NCBI GenBank assembly: GCA_965209055.1
Contig: OZ242374.1
Span: forward strand, 4,448,001 to 4,512,000
Length of the DNA: 64,000 nt
From: Acidobacteriota bacterium
Lineage (GTDB): Bacteria > Acidobacteriota > UBA6911 > RPQK01 > JAJDTT01
Direction of reading: 5' to 3'
How positions within the stretch are numbered: the first letter of the stretch is position 1; the number at the start of each line of letters is the position of its first letter. The position numbers were made by a program, and so were the translations under genes. Below the pieces are notes generated by a model. It saw only the letters and a list, made by a program, of their open reading frames with translations, had not been told where the DNA came from and searched no databases. Shown piece after piece: positions 10,589 to 20,384 of the stretch.

Positions 10589-10726
10589 GCCGCGATTCTA
10601 CCGCAGCGACTCCCGACTTCGCCCCCCGGGTTCCGCGGCCGGTTTTCATTCCCACTGCCAGCCCCTATGATGGGCTCTCGTCTCAACGCCCAATTGAATC
10701 GGCATCCGGCGAACGGGAGCAAATGC

Positions 10727-11461
10727 ATGTTTCGAAACAAGATCCTCAAGAGAATCAAGAGCGGCGAGAAGGCCCTGGGCCTGTTCATGTCGGACCCTTC
10801 CGAAGAACTGGTGGAAATGGCCGGGCGGATGGGGCTGGACTTCGTCGGATTCGACGGCCAACACTCTCCCCTCACGCCGGAGCGCGTCGGCACCTTGTGC
10901 ACCATCGCCGACGGGTTCGACGTCACCCCCACCATGCGCGTTCCCGACGGAAACGAGAGCACGCTCCTGTCCTATCTCGACCGTGGAATTCGCGGCATCA
11001 CCGTCCCCAATATCCAAACCCGGGAAGAAGCCGAAAAACTGGTCAAATTCGCTTATTTCGCTCCGCTGGGCCTGCGCAGCTCCACCAGCTACCGCATGGT
11101 CATGAACCAGGAGGGGAAGGACCGCAACACCCTCTTCCAGGAAGTCAACGCCAACCTGATGATCGTCCCCCAACTGGAGAGCGTGACTTCAATCCGGAAT
11201 CTGGACGAGATCCTCAAGGTGGAGGGAATCGACTATTTCGGAGGGGGACCCGAAGACATGGCCCAGTCCATGGGCATTCCGGGCCGGCACGACGACCCCA
11301 GGGTGGCCGAGATCTACAAGGAGATGGAACGGAAGGTCCATGCCGCCGGAAAGTTCATGGCGGGAGACTACATGGAGTCGGTGAACGTCTTCTGGAACGT
11401 CAAGGGCGCCTTGGAGCAACTGCTTGAAAGCCACGGCCGTCGCTCCCGCATGACCTGGTAG
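10727..11461 (+). CDS. HpcH/HpaI aldolase family protein
   Basis: GLDFVGFDGQH, MRVP, QLES and GGPEDMAQSMG. Confidence 0.88.
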   Translation: MFRNKILKRIKSGEKALGLFMSDPSEELVEMAGRMGLDFVGFDGQHSPLTPERVGTLCTIADGFDVTPTMRVPDGNESTLLSYLDRGIRGITVPNIQTREEAEKLVKFAYFAPLGLRSSTSYRMVMNQEGKDRNTLFQEVNANLMIVPQLESVTSIRNLDEILKVEGIDYFGGGPEDMAQSMGIPGRHDDPRVAEIYKEMERKVHAAGKFMAGDYMESVNVFWNVKGALEQLLESHGRRSRMTW

Positions 11462-11475
11462 TCAAACCCCATCCC

Positions 11476-12429
11476 GTGAAGTACGTCCTGAATCTGCCCA
11501 TCGCAGGCCCCTTGGCGGTTCCCCGCAGCCTCTCGGCCCTGGCTCGATCCGCCGAAGCCCACGGAGTCGACGTCATCTCCTCCAGCGAACGCCTGGTCCT
11601 GCCCCGATCCGTCGAGACCCGCTACCCGTACGGCGCCACGGGCAAGTTTCCCGGGGGAACCGGCGGCCAAAAGTGCCTGGAGATGCTGACGACCCTGGCC
11701 TTCCTCTGCGGGCAGACGTCCCGGGTCCGCATCCTGACCTCGGTGCTGGTTCTGCCCTACCGGGACCCGATCCTGGCGGCCAAGATGCTGGCCACCCTGG
11801 ACGTCCTCTCCTGGGGCCGGCTCATCGTGGGCTGCGGCGTCGGCTGGATGCGGGAGGAGTTCGAAGCCCTGGACCTGCCGGTCCGATTCGAGGACCGGGG
11901 CCGCGCCTCGGACGAGTACCTGAGGGGCATGCAGGAACTCTGGTGCAGCGACAACCCCCGGTTCCAGGGCGACCACGTCCGTTTTTCCGGCATCGAATTC
12001 CATCCCAGGCCGGTGCAAAGGCCTCATCCACCCTTCTGGTTCGGTGGAGAGAGCCCCGCGGCCCTCCGGCGCGTCGCCCGCTTCGGAGCCGGGTGGATGC
12101 CCATCGCCGGAAACCCGCGCCATCCGCTGGACGACGACCGCCAACTCGCCCAAGCGATCGGAAGACTCCGTCGTTTGGTGGAGGCCGAAGGCCGGGATCC
12201 GGACAAGATTCACGTCCGGTTCGGCGGCGGGTGGAACGAGACCCCCCGCCGCGGCCCGGAAGGAAAAAGACTGGCCATGAGCGGTTCGGCCCAACAGGTG
12301 GCCGGGGACATCCGCCGCTACCAGGATCTGGGAGTCGACCACCTGGGAGTGGGTCTGCTGACCGATGACCTGTCCGAGAGCCTGGAACGGATCGAGCGCT
12401 TCATGACCAGTGTCGCGCCCTTGGTCTGA
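11476..12429 (+). CDS. LLM class (F420/flavin-dependent) oxidoreductase
   Basis: TSVLVLPYRDP, KMLATLDVLSWGRL, GVGWMREEF, PRPVQRPHPP and GGES. Confidence 0.9.
   Translation: MKYVLNLPIAGPLAVPRSLSALARSAEAHGVDVISSSERLVLPRSVETRYPYGATGKFPGGTGGQKCLEMLTTLAFLCGQTSRVRILTSVLVLPYRDPILAAKMLATLDVLSWGRLIVGCGVGWMREEFEALDLPVRFEDRGRASDEYLRGMQELWCSDNPRFQGDHVRFSGIEFHPRPVQRPHPPFWFGGESPAALRRVARFGAGWMPIAGNPRHPLDDDRQLAQAIGRLRRLVEAEGRDPDKIHVRFGGGWNETPRRGPEGKRLAMSGSAQQVAGDIRRYQDLGVDHLGVGLLTDDLSESLERIERFMTSVAPLV
12384..12409 (+). repeat. Direct repeat copy 1 (3' end of the LLM gene)
   Basis: ggaacggatcgagcgcttcatgacca, identical to 16920-16945. Confidence 0.9.
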
Positions 12430-12442
12430 GAGCTTGTGCGAG

Positions 12443-13702
12443 TCAAACTCTGAGGAAGATCTTCCGCCGATACATCCACCAGCAGACCAGCCAGAACGTG
12501 AGCCCCACCATCACCGACTCGAGGGCGGGCTCATTGGCGGCTCCCCAGAGCCGGAAGATGTTCTGCCCCAGGTGTGTCCGCAAGGTTGCCGCGGTCCAGT
12601 CGGGCAGGAGCATGCTCATCGAGTAGATGGCGATGGAGTTGGTTCCCACCACCACCAGCGGGAAGGTCCAGCGACGGATCCCGGCCACGTCGATCAGAGC
12701 GTAGAGCCCTCCCAGGATCAGGCAGCACCAGCCCGTCGAAAAGATTGCCCAGGAGGGTGTCCAGATCCGCTTGACGAGTGGACAGACACCTGTCCACTCG
12801 AGGATCAGTCCTACGGTCAGACCAATCATCCCGGCTGCCAGAATTGTTCCGAGCTTGGTTCGGGCCGAGCGGCGCGAACGCAGGAACCCGCCTACCATCA
12901 GGCCGAAGAGCATGGTGGCCAGTGAGGAAATGAAGTTGATGGTCGGATACCCTCCTCCGTCGTAGACGAACGGTTCCCGGCGCGGCATCCGGTTCAGCAG
13001 CCAGACGTCAACGGCATGACCGGCGTTGGCGTTCTTGTGCCAGGCTGGAGGCACTTCCGCCAGATGCCGCTGGGCCCACTCCGGTTGAACCCCCACCTCG
13101 GGCGAGCCGCTCGCAAGCTCGACGCCGGCTCCGGGATACAGGACGTACAACATCCACGTCAGGATCAGGACGAACACTGCCCCAAGGAACTGAATTCGAA
13201 GTCCTCGACGCCAGAACAAGAAGAGGAAGGTGTAGCCCAGCCCGATCTGGGTCAGGACATTCATCAGCGACCAATTGGTGCTGGAGAGGGAATCGGATAT
13301 CAGGAAGACGCCCAGCAGGATGAGGACGGCGGATCTCCAGAGGGCGTGGCGCAGCATCCTGCCGTAGGAGTGCCCCAGTCCGGACCGTTTGGCATAGGAG
13401 TAGGCCATGGACACTCCCACCATGAACATGAAGGAGGGCTGGATCAGATCCCAGTAGCCGCATCCGGTCCAGGGGACGTGGGAAAACTGGTAGTGAACCG
13501 TTTGCCAGAAGGAAGAGTCCGGGTTCGTCGCCAGATGATTCCCGGCCGTCTCCCTGAGACCGAAACCCTTGAAGGCGAGGGAGACCATGATCAGCCCGCG
13601 ATAGGTGTCGAGAGACAGCAACCTCCGTTGCTGCCGGTTGCCTTTCGCGGATTCGGATTCACCGTGGGATCCCACGAACGCCCCCCGTAGAGTCGACATC
13701 AA
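12443..13702 (-). CDS. Heparan-alpha-glucosaminide N-acetyltransferase-like membrane acyltransferase (DUF5009 type)
   Basis: RLLSLDTYRG, HVPWTG..WDLIQPSFMFMVGVSM, CPLVKRIWTPSW, GTNSIAIY and C-terminal KIFLRV. Confidence 0.85.
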   Translation of the reverse strand: MMSTLRGAFVGSHGESESAKGNRQQRRLLSLDTYRGLIMVSLAFKGFGLRETAGNHLATNPDSSFWQTVHYQFSHVPWTGCGYWDLIQPSFMFMVGVSMAYSYAKRSGLGHSYGRMLRHALWRSAVLILLGVFLISDSLSSTNWSLMNVLTQIGLGYTFLFLFWRRGLRIQFLGAVFVLILTWMLYVLYPGAGVELASGSPEVGVQPEWAQRHLAEVPPAWHKNANAGHAVDVWLLNRMPRREPFVYDGGGYPTINFISSLATMLFGLMVGGFLRSRRSARTKLGTILAAGMIGLTVGLILEWTGVCPLVKRIWTPSWAIFSTGWCCLILGGLYALIDVAGIRRWTFPLVVVGTNSIAIYSMSMLLPDWTAATLRTHLGQNIFRLWGAANEPALESVMVGLTFWLVCWWMYRRKIFLRV

Positions 13703-13999
13703 CCATCTACGATGATCCGCATGCTGGCACCGTTCGCAGGGTGATTCAACCGGCCATGGATGGTCTTTCCGCTACTCGGTATCCCGGTGCAGAGCAACCG
13801 ATTCAGATATCTGCACACTCCCCCAAGGCCTCGTCATTGATCCAAGAGGGACCCCGGCCTCGCTGCTGGCCGGAACCTCGAGCTTGGGTCTGCGGTTCTC
13901 CGCCCCGCCTGTGAGCTCAATCGACTCCGATCCATAGAGTTCGTTCCGGGATTCGGCCCGGAGAGGTTCCCCTGCATCAATGAACCTGAGGAGCGAATA

Positions 14000-15520
14000 A
14001 TGATGCCAGCCGGCGCCCGCAGCAAACCGCATCCGATACGGCCAAGACCTCCGACAGTCCTCTTGGCTGCAATACTGGGAGTGAGCCTCTTTCCTACGAC
14101 TCTGGCACGGGAACTCCCGACATATAAGGTGCATGCCTTTCTCCCGCCGGATCTGTACCGGGAATCCGAAACTCCCGAGGAACTGAATCCTTCTGCGGTC
14201 AGCCGGATGCGAGATCAAATCCGAGAAGTCGATCCGGGGGTCACACAACTCGGCACCTTGCCTTCCTGGGTCTTCCCCCTCTTTGCGCACGCGGCTTTGG
14301 AGCCAGACTTCGGTCCACACCGCGATATCACTGGCCGTGATGTACCCGTGGCGCTGGCGCAGTGCATTCCGTCCCTCAAGAGTCCCGAATATCGCCGATT
14401 GATCGGAATTCGAAATCGAGTCTGGGCCACAATCATCAGGGAGTTCCCTGAAATCAATCACTGGATCGTGGGTCCGGAACCGATTTACTACAGGAAAGGT
14501 CTCTACTCTCCACTCGTTGACTGCAAAGGGAGAAACCTAAGGGGCTTCGATGTCATTGAGTTCATCGTCGACACCCTCGAAGAACTGCACCCGGCGATCA
14601 ATCAGGCCAATCCCTGCGCCAAGGTAATTGCCCATTTTTCGTATGTCCCCTTTGATGAAGACCCCGACATTGATCTTCCCCGCTTGATCCAAGTGGAGAT
14701 TCAGCGCCGGGGGAATGACCCCAAGGAATACTACGACCTGCTCGCGGAACAGGCGGCACCTCAGTTCGATTTCGTCCCCTGGGGAGGAGTCCTGTTGGAC
14801 CAATTTCCCGAAGGACGTTGTACGCTGGACTTTGCCCATTTCGGGAATGGACCTTCGATCCGCTCCGATCTGGTGCTGGTCAATCGGACCACCTCGGCAT
14901 TGCGTCCCTCCGTATTGTTTTTCGATCAGAAAAGAAATCCGGTGCCCCCCGACTCGTTGGTCGACGTGGCGGAAGGTTTGGAATTCCAGGACGGCGCCTT
15001 GAGGGTTCGGACGGAGTTGGCGCCCTTGGGAGAGACGAAAATTACGACGAATGGTCGAGGGGACCTGGTGACCGGTTCGGTGAGGATTGTCTCCGACGGT
15101 CCCGTCGGCGGGGTGCTGCGTTTCAATGTTTCGAACGTCGGCGTGTCCGGCGTAGGTATCAGTCGACCCGTCAATGACGCCCTGTTTCCGGTCCGGCGAC
15201 AAGAGGGCGGTGTCCGGACCGCCGCAGCCATCCACAACCTCAGTACGAAAAAGATTGAGTTGACCTGCCAATTGATGAAGGAGGGCATCATCCTGGAAGA
15301 AGTCGGGGTCTCTGTGGAAGCCAACGGACAGGTGGCCCAGTTCATCGACGAAATGTTCATCGAGACCGATACCTCGGACTTTGCGGGTTCGGTACGGTGT
15401 GCGGCTCCGTGGAGGGAGCTGTTCACCGGAATGGCGGTAGAGATGGATGCCAACAGTCGAATCTTCACCACACTGCCCATAGTGCCGGTCCGGCAATGGC
15501 CGCTGGAGAACCTCCATTAA
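14000..15520 (+). CDS. Hypothetical secreted protein; C-terminal beta-rich domain related to the proteins at 62.5-64 kb
   Basis: Signal-like VLLAAILGVSLF. C-terminal LDFAHFGNG...SDLVLVN...TAAAIHN...EANGQVAQFIDEMF...FAGSVRC. Confidence 0.7.
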   Translation: MMPAGARSKPHPIRPRPPTVLLAAILGVSLFPTTLARELPTYKVHAFLPPDLYRESETPEELNPSAVSRMRDQIREVDPGVTQLGTLPSWVFPLFAHAALEPDFGPHRDITGRDVPVALAQCIPSLKSPEYRRLIGIRNRVWATIIREFPEINHWIVGPEPIYYRKGLYSPLVDCKGRNLRGFDVIEFIVDTLEELHPAINQANPCAKVIAHFSYVPFDEDPDIDLPRLIQVEIQRRGNDPKEYYDLLAEQAAPQFDFVPWGGVLLDQFPEGRCTLDFAHFGNGPSIRSDLVLVNRTTSALRPSVLFFDQKRNPVPPDSLVDVAEGLEFQDGALRVRTELAPLGETKITTNGRGDLVTGSVRIVSDGPVGGVLRFNVSNVGVSGVGISRPVNDALFPVRRQEGGVRTAAAIHNLSTKKIELTCQLMKEGIILEEVGVSVEANGQVAQFIDEMFIETDTSDFAGSVRCAAPWRELFTGMAVEMDANSRIFTTLPIVPVRQWPLENLH

Positions 15521-15587
15521 CCGAACTTGAAGGAAGTCCTCAAAAAAAGGGGCGCTGGCGCGAGAATCCGCAGCAGATCGGGAGATC

Positions 15588-15769
15588 TTACGGATGTCTT
15601 GGCTTGAGCATGCGGTAGCCGACCCGGCGCACGGTAGAGATGTAGGTTGGCCGGCCCGCTTCATCGCCGAGCTTGCGGCGGAGCCCGTCTCCAACGCCCT
15701 TGCGATCATCTCATCTCTCTTGTAGCCGGAGATGAAGATCACCGGCAGATCGGAATCTGCGAGCTTCAT
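15588..15769 (-). pseudogene. OmpR/KdpE-type response regulator remnant (internally deleted, frameshifted)
   Basis: Receiver fragment DLPVIFISGY..ARALETG is joined out of frame to the winged-helix C-terminus LRRKLGDEAGRPTYISTVRRVGYRM. Confidence 0.8.
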
Positions 15770-16473
15770 TAATGACGTCTTCGGACAATTATTCACAATA
15801 TTTTAAGCGGATAAGAAGCGGATAAGAGATAATTTTCATTGTTTACTCACTTAGTCGCTATGTTTCTAATCGGGGACATCTATACAATGCTACGGTTCAG
15901 GCTTCTGAGATTCGTAAGAACGACCCACGGCGGCAGAGGCTATTCAAATGGCAGTTTTCGATGCAGCACATCGAAGTATCCGCCAGCGTAGATCTTTAGC
16001 GGCGTCAAGCCGCGTCTCGAAACCAAACTTCGACACACCTCATGAAAGATTTCCAGGCCCGAATTCTGGGCGTCCATGTGAAGCTGGCGGGATTCTTTGT
16101 GCCCCCGGACCGGCTCCCATTGATTTCACCCCTTTCCGGCCGGTCGCGCAGGAAGAGTCTTCCAGGTGGAGGATCTCGTCAACGGATGGGCAAATGCCTG
16201 TCAGAGAACACGATAGGAGGATGTTTTCATTTTTCGGAAGAAGATGACAACGGCTGCCATCCCGTTATCAGAGGGTCTCCCTATGCACGGAGCGCTCAGA
16301 CCGGAGAGAGTTGCGAAGTCTCCAGTCGATACGTCGATACGTATCGGACTGTCACCATCGGGAGCGAAAGGTAGTCTGCACGGGTGCGACATTCCCAGCC
16401 TGCCGTCGAGGCGGGCACATCGTTTGCTTCGTCTCCTCAGATCGATAGGTTAGCGGGTCCGTACCCCCGGCGA

Positions 16474-16806
16474 ATGATGTTCCTCAAATACCTGCTCAGG
16501 CTGGGCGTGTGGATCGTCCTGATCCCATTGTGGATCTACGTGGGCTGGTCCCTTGTGAACGGGACGTTCCATTGGCGATACCTCGCCGGCGCCATCCTAC
16601 CGATCATCTTCTGGGCCGTGTACCGATGGGTCCATGAACAAAACGAGGCGGCGATAGACGAAGAGGAGCGCGAAGAGGAGCGTCTGAGGCGCTTCCGCCA
16701 GCACCGGGATCAATACGACCGGCGATATGGCGCCCAGTCTCGCAACCGGTGGAAGGAGCACCGGTGGAAGGCTGCCCACCCCGAGGCTAGAGAGCCGGAT
16801 GAGTAA
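16474..16806 (+). CDS. Small hypothetical membrane protein (2 TM helices, charged C-terminus)
   Basis: Two hydrophobic segments followed by an E/R-rich tail. Confidence 0.6.
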   Translation: MMFLKYLLRLGVWIVLIPLWIYVGWSLVNGTFHWRYLAGAILPIIFWAVYRWVHEQNEAAIDEEEREEERLRRFRQHRDQYDRRYGAQSRNRWKEHRWKAAHPEAREPDE

Positions 16807-16919
16807 GAGGAAGAACCAGCATCTCCACACGGTCGAGCGGTGTGCTGTCCGTGATCTGGAGACTGAACAAGGTCCGATTCCTCGTAGCTGATCGGGCCGA
16901 CCTTTTGCCGCAGTGGTCA

Positions 16920-16945
16920 GGAACGGATCGAGCGCTTCATGACCA
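16920..16945 (+). repeat. Direct repeat copy 2 (orphan 3' end of the LLM gene)
   Basis: Identical 26-mer. It continues as ERIERFMTTAAPLI versus ERIERFMTSVAPLV in the gene. Confidence 0.88.
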
Positions 16946-16969
16946 CCGCGGCGCCGCTGATCCGGGCAC

Positions 16970-18190
16970 CTACACCGACGCGACGGTCTCCCGCCGGCAG
17001 ATTCCGGCCAGCAGCCGCATTCCCTCCTGAATGACCCGGGGAGGATCGTACCCGAAACAGAGCCTGGCGCAGTTGTGACCCGAATTTCCCCCGGGCGACA
17101 GGCGTATGCCGGGAAAGATGATAATACCCTCGCGCAGGGCCCGGTCGGCAACCGCCTGCATGTCGACTGCAGGAGCCAAAGTCAGCCAGATGAACAGGCC
17201 GCCCCGGGGACGTCTCCAGGAGGCTTCGATATCCGATCGCTCCCCGAATCCCTCTGCCAAGCCCGCCAGCATGGCGTCCCGCTTGCGCCTGAGAATCCCG
17301 TTGGCGGACCGGATGTGCTCCTCCAGGTGGGTCACGGCATAACGATGGATGGCCAGCGCCCCCAACTGGCTCACCCCCCCTCCACTCTTGATGGCCGAGA
17401 TCCGGTCCAGGAGAGGAGAAGGTCCGGCCAGGTAACCGAGGCGCACGCCCGGTCCGATGATCTTGGAGAAGGAACCGACGTACACCACCACCCCGTCGGT
17501 ATCGAGGGAGGCGATGGCCGGCACCGGCTCCCCCTCAAAACGAAGGTCCACGTAGCAATCGTCTTCCAGGATGGCGATCCCGTGCCGTTGGGCCGTCTCC
17601 AACAGGTGCTGCCGGCGCTCCAGGCTCATGACCCATCCCAGGGGATTCTGGAAAGTCGGAATCGTGTAGATGAGCTTGACCCGCTTCCCTTCGCTGCAAG
17701 CGCTTCGGATCGCTCTCTCCAGCGCATCGGGCAGGAATCCTTCCTGGTCGCAGGCCACCCCGCGGATATCGGCCCCGAATCGCCTCAGAATACCCAGAGT
17801 CCCCGGATAGGTGAACTCTTCGGTCAGGACCACCTCGCCCGGGTTCATCAGCGCTTCGATGATCATGTGATTGGGCTGGCTGGAACCGTCCCCGAGGATG
17901 ATGTCCTGCGGCGAAACCGAAAGACCCCGGTCCCGCGCCAGCTTCTCGGCGACGTACTCCCGCAAGGGTGGATATCCCGAAGGATGGGGGTATTTGGCCA
18001 GATCTCTCCCTTCCTCTTCGAGACCCACTCGAAGGCCTTCCGCCAACTCCGCCAGCGGCAGGGAGCCGGGATCGGGATAGGCCACGCCGAAATCGTAGGT
18101 TGCGGCCGGATGAGCCACCCGCGGCCCCGCCTGGCGGGGTATGGAGCGGGAATAAACGTCGTCCTGGGCGAACAAGCTTGGTTGCGACAT
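16970..18190 (-). CDS. PLP-dependent aminotransferase class I/II (LysN/MocR-like, no HTH)
   Basis: YTIPTFQNPLG, ILEDDCY, GSFSKIIGPGVRLG, PRGGLFIW and RLCFG. Confidence 0.9.
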   Translation of the reverse strand: MSQPSLFAQDDVYSRSIPRQAGPRVAHPAATYDFGVAYPDPGSLPLAELAEGLRVGLEEEGRDLAKYPHPSGYPPLREYVAEKLARDRGLSVSPQDIILGDGSSQPNHMIIEALMNPGEVVLTEEFTYPGTLGILRRFGADIRGVACDQEGFLPDALERAIRSACSEGKRVKLIYTIPTFQNPLGWVMSLERRQHLLETAQRHGIAILEDDCYVDLRFEGEPVPAIASLDTDGVVVYVGSFSKIIGPGVRLGYLAGPSPLLDRISAIKSGGGVSQLGALAIHRYAVTHLEEHIRSANGILRRKRDAMLAGLAEGFGERSDIEASWRRPRGGLFIWLTLAPAVDMQAVADRALREGIIIFPGIRLSPGGNSGHNCARLCFGYDPPRVIQEGMRLLAGICRRETVASV

Positions 18191-18280
18191 GGTTGGATCC
18201 TCCCGGCGCCCGGGCCGAGTCCGCTTGCGGCATCTCCCCGGCTCTGCCATTCTGCCAGACCATCGACGATTGCCGATGAA

Positions 18281-20299
18281 ATGTCCAGCCGAAGGTCGAC
18301 ATTCCTCCCTTCCCTCGCGACCTTGGGCGCCCTCTGCTGCCAGCCGGCTCTCGACTCGGAAATGCCCGGGTCCTCGCCCTATCTGATCTCCGACGAAACC
18401 CCGCAGGGGGCCGCGATCGTCCTGGACCCGGAACGCCGGCCCCGCCGTTTCCGGGAGGCCCCGATGCTGGCCCGCCTGGTGGCCCAGGGCAAGCTGCCGC
18501 CGGTCGAGGAACGGCTGCCGGAGAATCCGCTGGTGCTCCAGCCCATCGAGGCCATCGGCCGGTACGGAGGAACCGTGCAATCCGGAATGATCGCCAAGGG
18601 TCTCAACGAAGAGATGAACCGGATCATGGGTATGGAGAAGTTCCTCTTCTACGACGCGTCCGGGACCCGAATCGTCCCCAGCGTGGCCGAGGACTGGCGC
18701 CAGAGCGAGGATGGCCGCCGCCTCCGGATTCACCTGCGGCGAGGCATGCGCTGGTCCGACGGCCATCCCTTCACCGCGGAGGACGTGCGCTTCTACTGGG
18801 AAGATCTCAACGCCCACCCCGACGTGTTCCCCTTCCCCGATCCGGACCTGGTGGTCAACGGCAAGCAGATGCGGTTCCGGGTCCTGGATCCGCACACGGT
18901 GCTCTTCCGATACGACGACCCGTATCACCGGCTCCTGGAGATCGTGGCCTCCGCCTTCGGCCGGTTCGGGGGAGGCGTCTTCGGAGAGTTCCTCTGGGGG
19001 CCCTACGCGCCGGCGCACTATCTCAAGCAGTTCCATCCCAGCTACGTGTCCCCGGAGGATCTCCGTCGCAAGGTGCGGGAATCACAGCAGGAGGACTGGG
19101 TCGGGCTGATGAAGCTCCGGAACAACTACGCCCTGAACGCCGAACTGCCCGTCCTGATGCCTTGGAGGACCGTACAGGCGCGGGACAGTTCCGCGTGGGT
19201 CCTGGAACGGAACCCTTATTTCTGGGAGGTGGACACGGAAGGCAACCAGCTTCCCTATATCGATCGCTGGGTCCTGACCAAGGCGACGGACCGCGAGGTC
19301 GTCAACCTGCGGGCCATCGCCGGCGAGTACGACTTTCAGTACCGGGATCTGGACCTTCAGAATCTGCCCGTCTTTCTGGAGCATGCCGGGGAGGAGAACT
19401 ACAACATCCATCTCGACCCCTCCTCCTCAAGGATGCTCTTCGGCTGCTACTTCAACCTGGGGTGGGAGGGAGACCCCGAGATCTCCAGGTTGCTTCGGAA
19501 CGCCGACTTCCGGCGCGCGCTCTCCCTGGGTCTCCGCCGATCCCAGTTCAGTGACGCCTTCTACTTCTCCTTGGCCCGCCCCGGCGCGGCCGGGCCCAAC
19601 TCGGCGCATCCCGAACACCCGGGCGAGAGCTACCTGACCCTCTGGTCCGCCTACGACCCGGACCGGGCCAATGCCATGCTGGACGGCCTGGGACTGGAGG
19701 AACGGGACAGCGAAGGATACCGGATGCGTAGCGACGGCCGCGGCCGATTGCGAATCCGGATTCCGGCGCCCTCCGATCGCCTGGTGATCCCCAAGTTCCA
19801 GATGTTGGAACAGCAGCTCGAAGAACTGGGCATCGCCGTGGACGTTCCCATCCTGGGACGGACCCTCTGGTGGGAGGAGATGCGGGCCAACCGCACCCAG
19901 ATCACCTGTTGGACCAATCCCACCCAGTCCGTCTGGGGGAGCCAGCCCATGTATGTCCTTCCCGTCGACCGGATTTCCCCCATCGGCCCTCTTTTCGGCC
20001 TCTGGTTTTCCAGCAACGGACGACTGGGGAAACGACCCGCCGACCCGCAGATTCTCCGGGCCCAGGATCTCTATCGGTTCGGCCGAACCCAACCTGACGT
20101 GGAAAGGACCCGGATCGGACGGGAGATCTGGGGGACCGCCATTCGTGAGCAGTGGATGATGAGCACCGTTGGCGGGGCTCCCGGCAGGGTGCGCCTCGTC
20201 CACCGGCGGCTGGGCAACGTCCCGGCCCGGCTCTGTACCCGGGACGATTGCCGCTACCCGTCCACGGGCCGCCTGGAGACCCTGTATTGGAAGGAGTAG
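18281..20299 (+). CDS. ABC transporter substrate-binding protein, family 5
   Basis: LPPVEERLPENP, GRYGG, WSDGHPFTAEDV, RNPYFWEVDTEGNQLPYID and FRRALSLG. Confidence 0.92.
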   Translation: MSSRRSTFLPSLATLGALCCQPALDSEMPGSSPYLISDETPQGAAIVLDPERRPRRFREAPMLARLVAQGKLPPVEERLPENPLVLQPIEAIGRYGGTVQSGMIAKGLNEEMNRIMGMEKFLFYDASGTRIVPSVAEDWRQSEDGRRLRIHLRRGMRWSDGHPFTAEDVRFYWEDLNAHPDVFPFPDPDLVVNGKQMRFRVLDPHTVLFRYDDPYHRLLEIVASAFGRFGGGVFGEFLWGPYAPAHYLKQFHPSYVSPEDLRRKVRESQQEDWVGLMKLRNNYALNAELPVLMPWRTVQARDSSAWVLERNPYFWEVDTEGNQLPYIDRWVLTKATDREVVNLRAIAGEYDFQYRDLDLQNLPVFLEHAGEENYNIHLDPSSSRMLFGCYFNLGWEGDPEISRLLRNADFRRALSLGLRRSQFSDAFYFSLARPGAAGPNSAHPEHPGESYLTLWSAYDPDRANAMLDGLGLEERDSEGYRMRSDGRGRLRIRIPAPSDRLVIPKFQMLEQQLEELGIAVDVPILGRTLWWEEMRANRTQITCWTNPTQSVWGSQPMYVLPVDRISPIGPLFGLWFSSNGRLGKRPADPQILRAQDLYRFGRTQPDVERTRIGREIWGTAIREQWMMSTVGGAPGRVRLVHRRLGNVPARLCTRDDCRYPSTGRLETLYWKE

Positions 20300-20384
20300 T
20301 CATGCGTCCGGGAGCGGTCAACGCGTCTCATCCGGATCGTCTGCAAACCCCGTCCGGCGCCGCCCTCCGGCAGGCCGGCACCAG

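Noticed and set aside
13727-13740. Possible sigma54 promoter tggcaccgttcgca
   Set aside because: GG-to-GC spacing is 8 nt, not the required 10.
17075-18280. Long N-terminal extensions in the ORF track (17075, 8077, 10001, 28391, 45417, 50490) suggesting fusions
   Set aside because: The extensions overlap neighbouring genes. The real proteins start at downstream ATGs.
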